DNA of 33,598 nucleotides from Paraglomus brasilianum. Its lineage: Eukaryota. This document shows, in pieces, positions 11,444 to 22,010 of the stretch. The notes under the pieces were generated by a model. It saw nothing but the letters and a program-made list of their open reading frames with translations. It was not told where the DNA came from and did not search any database. The translations under genes and the position numbers were made by a program. The stretch covers positions 1 to 33,598 of the forward strand of contig CAJVPI010000356.1 in the NCBI GenBank assembly GCA_910592345.1. Direction: 5' to 3'. Positions within the stretch are counted from its first letter, which is position 1. Every line of letters begins with the position of its first letter.

Positions 11444-13890
11444 TTAGGTTTCCGGCCTCCCATCACTCCCTTCTGTATGGGTCATTGTAGTACATTCTAT
11501 TTCTTGATTTGTTTGGCTGGTGATTGAAATTTCTCCAGTTTCCTCGAACGCAGCATATGATTTTGGAAGGCAGCGGCCTATTGTCGAATCATGAAGAACA
11601 AATATTACTATAATCGCAGCTATTGCAGTTGCCATGTTTTGTGTTGACTGTTTTTGAAGTGGGAGAGAGAGAGAAAGAGAGGAAAGAGAATGAGTAATTC
11701 GTCATCAGGATGTATGTAATCCGTTTAAAACGTGTGTAATTCAAATTTACCTGTGATATCCAGAAATTTTTTGGCGTTATCGGTAGGAACGACATTGTAG
11801 ATGCACAAATATTAAAAACTATCGTAACTACCAACAATACCATCAACACTAACATCTATATAATAAAAAACAAAAAAACAAAAAAACAATTAGTAAACTT
11901 GGAACTAATAATTCTTCTCAATCTGTACTATAAAATATCTCCAGCCAGTTTAACTGACCTTTTTAGCCGCCTTCGATCTCAACCTTTGTTTCGCAGAGCT
12001 AATGACTGCTTTCTTTAACGCGGTAACCATAAACGTTCCGAATATAATAAATTCCAGAGCTAATATAAGTAGACACACACAATCTACCAAGAAAGCCACC
12101 TTCAACGCTGTCATCACCCATGGAAGATTCACGTGAGAATAAGAGACCATGCGTACAACGAATGCCATTGTAAAACAGAAAACGCATAAGCGGAGTAGAT
12201 AGGTGTATACTAGAGATAATCTACGAGAGAGCAATGTGTGGTGATTGTGTTTTTGACACATGATTTCGGCGGCTTTTTTCCATACCATTTCGACAGCAGT
12301 GAATATTATTATCAACATTAAATTTTTAAAGCAGATTATGAAAGCATAACCAATCAAAGGTATGCGGGCTTCATGAATGCTACCGGGACTCACTTCAAGG
12401 ATTATCGCCGAGGCTAAAAAGGGGAGGGAAGGAGGTGGAATTGTAAACATTTCAACCATATGTTTCAAGTGGTAGGATACTTTTAAAATTTATCAATTAC
12501 ACATACCAATACAAACAAGCATGATGCCGGGATAAATCCAATACTTTGCATTTGTTATCACATAGCCTATTCGACTATAAGTCTTTACCAGACAATACAG
12601 ACACATTGTGGTGATGGCAAAATATGCAATACCCATAACCAGTGACCACACTATCCATGCAGCACTCTGAACAAGAGTAATCCATGGGCCATGATCTATT
12701 AAATCGAATTAAGAAATTGTTATGGTATTTGTTTTAAACCCTGGTTAATTTAATATATCAGTGTTATGCATACCTGAAGTAATCTCACCCGTATATATAA
12801 TACTTCCCAATCCTCTGATTCCACTCATATCGTCTTGACTGACAAGACTAATCGATGGAATAGAATTAGCGAGAATTTTTCTGTCTCCGGCATAAATTTC
12901 GTCCAGTCCAGGTACGCCTCCATTACCAGAAGTTATTACGAGAATCTTTTGCGCCATATTATTTATGTCGCGTTTTCGATTTCGATTTCGAGGGCGTATT
13001 ATTGGCAATCCTACAGATAGGCTTGAGCTTAAGGAAGGAATCGGTAAAAGCGTTGTCAAGCCATTTATCGTAGTCGGTATGCCAACCCCAGTAACTACTC
13101 CTCCAACAACAGTATTCACTCCTCCAACAACAGTATTCACTCCACCAACAACAGTATTCACTCCTCCAACCACTCCACCAACAACAGTATTCACTCCTCC
13201 AACCACTCCTCCAACCACTCCTGTAGCTGTATTTACTATTGATGAAACGAGGGCGGTGGGTACTACACCCGCTGCTGTTGGAGTAGGGTTTCCAGCTGGT
13301 GTAGGTTGTGCCGGTTGTGAAGCTGAAGCAGGCTGTGCAGCTGTAGTAATTGTGGTGGGCATTGATCCAGGCGTAGAAGCAACGGTAATCGTCTCGACAG
13401 ATACCTTAGTACTAACAGATACTTGCCCATCAGGACCGGTTACTGTCTCGTACGTAGTCTGGGTGGTGACTAATTCTGCTAGCGTTGGCACGTCATTTTC
13501 GTCACCAGCCGCGGGATTTTTATCGGGGTCTTTATACCATCCATTATCCTTTAAGATATCAGCGTAGCTTCTACATCCTTGGCTAAAGGCTAGTTCGAAT
13601 GGCACGACCAGTATGTCTATATTATCTTGTAATGGATCTATCCGACAGGGGTTTTCTGTCGTACTATTAGCGAACGATACAATCTCTATTCGACCTTTAA
13701 TTGTTCCATAGTCAATTGAGTTTGCAAGCACAAAGTCTACATTTGAAAATGATCCGAGTACGGCTTGGGATTCGGAATATATAGTGAGAGTAGAGAGAAC
13801 TCGGGTGGGAGTAAAGAGAATGGTTGGTATTATTTTTAGAAACAAGGATGTGAAAAAACGGAATGTTGATGGTCGCGAGGATATGAGCAT
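11444..13890 (-). CDS. Signal peptide + PA (protease-associated)-like ectodomain with a low-complexity insert + seven-transmembrane (GPCR-like) domain, 689 aa
   Basis: Exons 13890-12774, 12695-12507, 12413-11959, 11855-11751, 11647-11444 (2070 nt, phases balance). Seven hydrophobic segments: AAWIVWSLVMG..., YWIYPGIMLVCIASAII, IPLIGYAFIICF..., LSLVYTYLL..., LKVAFLVDCVCLLIL..., MLVLMVLLVVTIVF, MATAIAAIIVIFVL. A basic loop KQRLRSKAAKK lies between TM5 and TM6. PA-like pattern IKGRIEIV...PC...ILVV...GCRSY...KILVI...PG...IPSISLVSQDD. Confidence 0.8.
13094..13222. repeat. Coding tandem repeat (21-bp GGVNTVV and 12-bp GGVV units)
   Basis: actcc(t/a)ccaacaacagtattc repeated four times, interleaved with cactcctccaac units. 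Confidence 0.9.
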
Positions 13891-14776
13891 TGTTAATTAG
13901 TAACGAATTCGAAGATAGAGTGAAGGTGGGGGGAAGCGCGACGTGTTAATATGGCAACGTCTGTGATTGAGTATACGCTTGCAGCCAAAGAAAGTTTAAA
14001 TGGTAATTAATAGGAGAGTGTACAACTATAAGCTAGTGTAGTTTGTATGCATTATTGATGGTGCAATTAAGTCGATGGAAAAGGAATAGTCGCCAAAAGA
14101 ATGAAAATATGTTTTCCTTGGTGCTGCCAAGCTCGAATGAACGATTGAAATCAAATTGGTGATCCAACTGCTACTTCTTATACCTGTCAATTTATACGAC
14201 GAAAATGAACAATGCCCTATCAGTATTTTGTAAATATTACATGCAGATTGAAACCCTTTGTGTGTTACATGCCCAAATGCAAATATTGCACATGGATTTT
14301 GATTAATTGAATGCACCTTTTATAGTAATGATATGATTAACAGATTGAGGGAACTGGTAATATTTGCAACGTACTCGTTCCAATACCGTTGATAGGGAAA
14401 ATAGTTTTTACAACGAATGTAACTCTAGATACATAGCTTCTAAACACAACATGTGTGTCGCCATTACATAAACAAGATCAAGAGTACAGAAACAAACTAC
14501 AATTTATTGTTGTCTTTCGCCATCGAGCCTGTCAGCTTTTTCCTGTGCGTCGATTAGTATTAGTAACCAATGGGGTAACTAGCAGGAGGTTAACCAAAGG
14601 AGTATTATTAAGGTTGGTGAATAACGCAAAACTTGGCACCAACTTTAGGCAACAATGTTCAGCATAATAAATAACACTTTATTACTTTTATGTACAAAAT
14701 AATATATATCTAATTATACAAACCCCAAAACAACAAGAAAAGGTATTACTATATGCACGCCCCCTGCAAACCGTAT

Positions 14777-15388
14777 CTACAACATAAACAACTGCACAAG
14801 AACAGCAAAAACTGGCACTATAGCAGACCCGATTCCTTCGGATAGTAACACAGAAACAATTGACGACGCTGACGATGACGAGCCAGAAGCGGGCGGGGAG
14901 GTTGTCGTAGTGGATGTGGAGTTACCGCTGCCAGTACCAGCGCCACTACTGGTGGTAGAAGAAGATGTGGTAGTTGGACTACCGGTCGCAGTGTCGGTAC
15001 CCGTAGTAGTGTTGGTAGTGGCAGTGTCGGTAGTGGCAGTGTCGGTAGTAGTGGGAGGATAATACTCGGAACTCGTGGAATTGCCTGGAGGATAATACTC
15101 GGAACTCGTGGAATTGCCTGGAGGATAATACTCGGAACTCGTGGAAGTGCCTGAAGTAGGAGTAGCATCGGGAGGGGGAGGACTGGCACCGGGAGGAGGA
15201 GTAGTAGTATCGGTAGTAGAACCGGGAGGGGGAGTAGCATCGGGAGGGGGAGGACTGGCACCAGGAGTAACACCGGGAGGGGGAGGAGCATCGGGAGAAC
15301 TTTTAGCATTTGCATGAATTGACGAGTGCGATAGAAGTAAAAGCGTTGCACAGAAAAGAATAGTGATGTATTTCAATTTGCGTGACAT
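14777..15388 (-). CDS. Secreted, probably GPI-anchored Pro/Ser/Thr-rich cell-surface glycoprotein (extensin/AGP-like), 203 aa
   Basis: Hydrophobic signal peptide (YITILFCATLLLLSHSSIHANA), SPPPP motifs, three SSEYYPP repeats, NST sequons, Ser/Thr stalk, small-residue omega region (SGSSSSAS) and hydrophobic C-terminus (AIVPVFAVLVQLFML). Confidence 0.85.
   Translation of the reverse strand: MSRKLKYITILFCATLLLLSHSSIHANAKSSPDAPPPPGVTPGASPPPPDATPPPGSTTDTTTPPPGASPPPPDATPTSGTSTSSEYYPPGNSTSSEYYPPGNSTSSEYYPPTTTDTATTDTATTNTTTGTDTATGSPTTTSSSTTSSGAGTGSGNSTSTTTTSPPASGSSSSASSIVSVLLSEGIGSAIVPVFAVLVQLFML
15054..15152. repeat. 33-bp coding tandem repeat x3 (G(N/T)STSSEYYPP)
   Basis: ggaggataatactcggaactcgtggaa(t/g)tgcct repeated three times. 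Confidence 0.95.
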
Positions 15389-15521
15389 CTTGGCTGCCGC
15401 GTTAAAAGAACGTCAATGAGGATGAATAAGTGTTTTTGAGCTTTTTGATTGGGAATTCGAAAATATGCGTTATCTAATTAGTAATAGTTATTGGAAATAC
15501 AAACCAGGCTGATAATTCAGG

Positions 15522-15603
15522 GATTCGTTAGAGATGCGTTATAGATGCGTTAGAGTCGCGTTAAAGGTGCGTTAGAGATTCGTTAGAGATGCGTTAGAGA
15601 TGC
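15522..15603. repeat. 11-bp minisatellite (GCGTTAGAGAT) about x7, upstream of the GPI-protein gene
   Basis: gattcgttagagatgcgttatagatgcgttagagtcgcgttaaaggtgcgttagagattcgttagagatgcgttagagatgc. Confidence 0.85.
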
Positions 15604-17066
15604 GCTTCTTGCGATAATGAATGCAAAATACGCAATCTCTGTACTTCGTTTTTCCTTTTCTTTATATAAGCATTACGAACTGCTCTTTGTATGTCCTGAT
15701 TCTACCATTATATCATCGGGGGCGCTGCACGGGTCACCCATTTCGATTGAACTTTGCCACTATTATAGTAATAGTATGATGTCTTGGCAAACTATGATAT
15801 GGCTATTTTGATCCTGCGAAAAAATTTGCGACTATAAATTCCCATTTCTGTCCTTGTGCAGCAGAAGCCAAGAATCTTGGCTGATTATCAAAATCCTGGT
15901 GGTTGTACTAGATTGTGTAACGACAATGCATAATAATAACTATTACTATATTTATACCAATAATAATAGCATGTCGATACTTGAAACAAAATCTCCCTTG
16001 CCGCATTAGCAACTTTTCGAACCGGAAAGTTTAAATTAGTTGAGATGTAGTTCGAGCATCTACGGTTCCACAAATACATTTTGATGTGCAAGCTTTGGAG
16101 ATTAAACTTTAATTATTTGACGACGACTGATAAACAGGTGATCGTCAGAAAAGAATTTGTGCCTTTTTTTTTAATCCCCCAAATTTAAATCAACGAGTAG
16201 ACTTTGTTTAATTTCTGGCGGTCTGGGACAAGTTATATCGTTTAAAATCATCGGCAAACATTTCTTACTTCATTATACAGATATGTCTGCCTTATGACTC
16301 GTAAGTACGATTTGGGGTACATATTTGACTTCTTGCAAAAACTTTACTATTACATTTGAGGTCAGGAAAAAGGCACAGTAGCATCCCCGAGTATATATCC
16401 CACATAAAAACCAAATTCGAACCCCAAATCACCAACTACCCATTTTCGTCGTCATTTTCGATCAATTATCGGCAAATACTTTTTGGTAGTACGATCGGAT
16501 GTACTGTAATTCTACGGGGGTATGCATTACCACGATCGGCATAGCCTACGAAAAGAATGTTTGTCTTGAAACTCTTAACAAAAGTTCACGTAAAAATGTC
16601 CAGTTAAAACAAAAATATATGCCCTACCGGCTAGAACTGACGAAGCTGGACAGGATAGTATTGTCAAACGTCGTGGGGTGCATGTAAACAATCACCGACA
16701 TCGAAAAAATCGAGGAATCGACCCGATTGGTAAAGATGACAAATTAACACTATAAGATGCACAAACTTTATTTGATAAAACTACAATTATTATCATATGC
16801 GAGTTATAGAATCCACGAACTAATTCAAGACATGAGACATAAAAAAGTTACCTGTAATCACAATCGAATTTTAATGTTAATTCGAAGTTCTTACTTACTA
16901 TACAGTATTTATCTAATGCGTTAATTCTAGGAAATCTAGAATCACATTTGATTATGATGGAATTTATCGGCAACCAATAGAATTTTAGAAAAACAAATCG
17001 AGATATGTACTACGATGTATCTGGGTACTAAAATGAACAAAGGGAATACCCCGGTACACATTACGG

Positions 17067-17595
17067 TACATTGTACTCATCTATGCATCAAACAGTCTAT
17101 TCACGGCGATGCGAATAAAGGATGTAAACGACAAGCTCGTTTTAGCAATATTTAAAATACGCATTTACGATGTCCTGTTTGCATGACTTAAATTTAGACT
17201 AAAGGGCTGCAAGGCATCACTTGGCACACATTGAAAATGTTAATCAGATTGCCATTGGTCGAAATGGTTCTGATAACGTCGAGACACAACTTTTGTGCAT
17301 GTTTATATAATACTGTTAAGGAAAATGGTGAACTACATTGTACTCATCTATGCATCAAACAGTCTATTCACGGCGATGCAAATAAAGAATGTAAACGACA
17401 AACTCTTTTAGCAATATTTAAAATACGCATTTACGATGTTCTGTTTGCATGACTTAAAATTTAGATCCAAATTGTGACTCCGACTGCCTGCATTACTTGG
17501 CATACATTGAAAATGCTAACCAGATTGTCATTGGTCGAAATGGTTCCGATAACGCCGAGACACAACTTTTGTGCATGTTTACATAATATTATTAA
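17067..17595. repeat. Tandem duplication, two diverged copies with ~267-bp offset
   Basis: tacattgtactcatctatgcatcaaacagtctattcacggcgatgc... starts at 17067 and 17334. Similarity continues through ...gagacacaacttttgtgcatgttta in both copies. Confidence 0.92.
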
Positions 17596-17743
17596 AAATT
17601 TCTGTCGAGACACTTGATATCATTAAGATTATTTCTTCACAAAGACTACTACTACGTGTTGTTAGTAATTGAAGACTTTTGCGTAACCTCGTTCAATCAA
17701 GATTGAATTTATTAACTTGTGAAACTCATAACCGAGTATTTAT

Positions 17744-17925
17744 CCGCCGCTTTTCCCGTGCATCCGCCGCTTTTACCGCGCTATTCCGCTTTTACCGTAA
17801 TTATTATCCCGGTTATTTGGGTTAATTTTTAGGTATGATTTTTTGATTTATGACCAATAATAACTGGACGAAAAAGTTATTGCGACCAGATTATTCAAGT
17901 TTGCAGATCACGGTAAAAGCGGCGG
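17744..17925. mobile_element. MITE-like inverted-repeat element with reiterated subterminal motif
   Basis: ccgccgcttttcccgtg (17744), ccgccgcttttaccgcg (17764), ccgcttttaccg (17786) and the inverted copy cacggtaaaagcggcgg (17909-17925), flanking an AT-rich core. No clear TSD. Confidence 0.5.
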
Positions 17926-20900
17926 CCCTTTTTTAAATGAATCCACACTAATATACAGTGTATTGTGATATGATACGTAATTGGGCACTAAAAAATCTGA
18001 TAATCCAAAGCAACTTTCTCTTGGTGAATCGAACAAGTTTCCAAGGTGCTACTCGGAAATCTCTTCCAGTAAATATTCTGTACATCCAGTAACTTAAGGA
18101 GTGGCCTATAGAATGTTAAACATCATATTTAATTAAACTTTATCCAAGAGGTAACCATGAACGTGATGCTATAGTACCGGACAAAAGCAGTAGTAGGTAT
18201 GTGGCTTTGTTTTTTGTTGATAGAACAGTAATTTGAAATATAAACAATAAGACGCAAAGGTGCATACTGTTTTTTAATTTCAAATGGAACCTACACCTAT
18301 TAAAACAAAATGTAAACTTTCCAAGTCTCTTTGGAAGCAACGCCTTCCATAGTGCAAAAAAAATCTTTCTTTTTTTTTTAAACAAAAAAGAATTGCTTTG
18401 TCTTCTGTGAACATTATGTTTTCTTTCTTTGAAAAATGGCAAAATTCCTAACATTTATTTGATCGAGCTGGTTGTTCACAAAGAATTAAAGACTATGCAG
18501 GAAACAAAAACCCCGAGTTAGATGTTAGTTCGTTGCAACCTTAATAAACTTGGTTTTTACCACGTAAAGTGCCTGTTAACCCAGCAAACAAAAGCCAACG
18601 GGCTAACTTGGGCATGTGATTACTCGCATTGCAATTGAGAATGTCTGGGCTGTTTTGAGCAGTTTTGAGCATAATATCGAAAAACGCATTAAAAATTTGT
18701 GAAAGAAATTTTTCTCCGCGCAGTTTTATTAGGGAGCGATGAGATGATCTCGAAAAATATATTATAGTTACAGCAACAGCAGTGTAAAAAGCATGTATTG
18801 AAGCTGAGTGACAAATATTAAGTAGCTAACAAATTTTGTAGCCATAATGCTCGGCTTTTATTAAAAAATTTTGCTCATTACGTCCCAAAAGCTGACCGCT
18901 ATTACTTTTGCTAGGGACTGTAAAATGTCTTGGATGCTTCCATTACAGTCTTTTATGCCTAAGCCTTAATGCCAAATTAAAGACTAGCATGTCCATTACC
19001 ATCATATAACAGAGAAAAGTAAAAGTGTCGAGTCAATAATCGCGGGAGAACAATCGATCGTTTAACTCTTGTGATTTAACTATCTTTCTATGGCTTCTCT
19101 TAGATAGTTAGTGACCTTTAAACACTCACGACCTAGTGTCGATCGGTAGACACTAATCCTAAGCCGTTATTCGCCTTCGAGTTAATCCTCTATGGAAGCT
19201 TCTATGTTGGGGTTTACTTATCTACTCATCTCATCTTTAGCAAATACAATTATAATGCCACGAGAATATCCCGAAATATGCTGCTGACATGCCCATTATG
19301 ATCATAATTGTGTATGCGGCTGTGTAATATTACTGACATGTTACTATCCGATCGAATATGCGTCACCATTAATATTAGTTTCCATAACACTCCATAAATG
19401 CACCATCTTTTATTACTTTAAATGCATGGTTCAAACAAACCTCACAATCCCAATATGTGCATTGGGAGAGAGTTGACTGTAGTTGGTTTCAGCCTCATTC
19501 GCCATTTTTTAACTCACACGGTGAAATGTTCAAGAACTGTTGACCCGAGTATGAAACGTCTATAAAGTTAAAAGAGTTAGGATTGCCAAACAAAAGTTAA
19601 TGACACAATCATCAACTTCTAGTGAGAAGATCAAGAATTTTAAACCTGTCTTATGTTGCGCTGAATTGTGGAGTATATTCAATGACATTACCAGTGACAT
19701 TATAAAAAATCAGCTTCTTAGTTACAAGCCTCAAATTTATTCCACGTCTACTAATAGAGAATAACTCGAATGGCGAGCTCAAAAAATCGATTTCTTGCCC
19801 TTTAATTGAATTCTTTCGTACCTATTGACTAATTAGGTACCTTAGCCTCCGATTTTATACATGAACTAAATTATAATCGACGCAACAAATAAATGTTATA
19901 CGGGTTCTTAGGATTAATCGATAATGTACATACTAATACAGGTAAAAATATTTCTCATCTCGAGTATCCTCAATCATGACGAATTTTGAGTTTGCTAATT
20001 TATTTGTGAAAGGTGTTATCTTTGAGGAATTACGACTATCGCTATTACTATTTTCTACTAAAGGCAATGATCACACGAAGCTTAGGAGCTAGGATAATAT
20101 AGGCGTGCTGAACTATGACGTCACTTTCGATCATTCGCCTATCGGCTTTGTTTTACTACAATGGGTAGTATCTCGTCCTTTTAAGACACAAGATCTTCTT
20201 CTGTGATAGAAGGAACGCGTTTTTCCTCCGAATACGCGCTCTTTGTCTGATAAAAACTTTATAGACAAATACACTTTCTAATTTGTAATTAGAATATACG
20301 CTTGGTGTGTCACGATTTATTTTACTGCTTTGTTGCAATACCTATTAGTCACCACACCCTTCTTGTTAGTATGGCTTTAAATAATGCCTTTCTATTAATG
20401 TCGCGACGGTCTATCTATTGCCGCTCTATTTGCTTGATACGTCCGGGTGTAAAAATCAACGAGTGTTGACACATTTTTTCTTCTACCACTCGCCACCGTT
20501 TGCAAGCCAGAAACTCATCCGTCGAGGCGCCCGCCAAAGACGGTGAGCAGGCTCTCCGTTTGCCGGGAATCTTACTGGTATGCTCGTGAAAGGATAAAAA
20601 AAAGAGATCTCGAAAACGAAGGAGAAGGGTCGGTGCTGGTGCTGGTGGCAAAGGCTAGGGGACCAGGACCCCGACCCTTCACAAAAGATGCAAGGGAGTT
20701 TGCATGTTCCAATAATCCTTTGTGATGAGACTAATGTGGTTGATAAAGTAATCGCCCACAGCCAAGTAGTAAATATGTGAATATAGAATGCTCGCTTATA
20801 CAGGTGAGAATCTCGCTGAGCATTTGTAGACTGTCATTAGATCCAAAGATGTAAATCAGAGAATTGAAAGCACATCATAGCCATGACTTGCACTTATTGG

Positions 20901-22010
20901 CTTTTGGAACCTCGACATTGACATAACGATTTGTTTATAATAGGCCCCGAAGCCGTAAGAGCATTGGTCGGCGACGCGGTTTGTTGGCAAACTATTTAAA
21001 GTTGTCAACTTTCCATCATATTACAACAGACTCGCTGTCGTTGACTCCCAAGAAAACACGGTGTCGCTGACACAGTGATTGCATATCCAACTAGTTAACG
21101 CTACGATTGATCGCGATTTCCAATAATCCTGGAGGAACTGTCTGTTTGGAGGTGACGACGACAGTAATAGCAACAAAAAAAAAAGCTTGGATTAACCCCT
21201 GATGTTGTTGAATCCGCCAAAATGGAGGAAAAACGCAGGTTTTTTAAACATATATATTTTTCACTAGCGTTGAACATTATCAGCGAACTCTTATAGCATA
21301 ATGTGAAATAACAGTGCCTTTGTGTTGCGTTTCACTGTTATTGCGTAGAAAGAACGTTTAATGATAGGATCAAATAAGGGTTTAGGTAGATTAAACAATA
21401 CAAACAATACTAGCTATTTTGCTTAAAGCGATTGGAAGTTAGTTCAATAAGCAAATATATGCCGAGTGATGTGGTGTTACGTTAACAAAAGTCTTAAATG
21501 ATTTGACCTACTAAGGTTGTCACATGTTCACTCGCGGCCTAAACTTTGTCCTAACGTTCTTTGATCTACTTAAATGATACTACAAGTTTTAACATTTAAA
21601 TTATGAAAGTTTATTAAATGCTATGAATCAACATGTAACGAATGCAATCAATACAAGATACTCGATGAAAGTAAAAGTCGCAATACAAACCAATGCTAAA
21701 TGTTCATATATATATATACACATATTTAAATTCAATGACCACATTACTAACGCAGTCAATGTAAACCCAAACAACTACCGAACAATTACGTCACTTTGCA
21801 GCCTGTAACAGCAATAGTGTTACGTGAACGTATAATTCAGATAATAAGATTAGAATAGGTAAATGTAGATAATATAGAAAGACTCCAGCTCTTTAAGCTA
21901 TCTCGGAACTACAATTATAAGATTGCTAATACATCTACTCACACAGCAAAACTGCATGGAAACGTTCTTCCTTTTTTAGTTCCCTTATTATGTTTACTTC
22001 TGTCGGGATA

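Noticed and set aside
12965..13567. 200-aa plus-strand ORF with TPPTTVF repeats
   Set aside because: Antisense shadow of the receptor insert.
14818..15351. 177-aa Leu/Pro-rich minus-strand ORF
   Set aside because: Alternate frame of the GPI-protein gene.
15522..15603. Short repeat array considered as CRISPR-like
   Set aside because: The units are contiguous with no unique spacers, in a eukaryotic context with no cas genes.
16410..16434. ttcgaaccccaaatcacca, resembling a tRNA T-arm/3' end
   Set aside because: No acceptor, D or anticodon stems can be formed upstream.
18580..18916. cccagcaaa ... tttgctaggg, possible transposon termini
   Set aside because: The inverted similarity is short and gapped, with no convincing TSD.
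20415..20725. GC-richer patch with short ORFs on both strands
   Set aside because: No consistent frame, splice model or motif.
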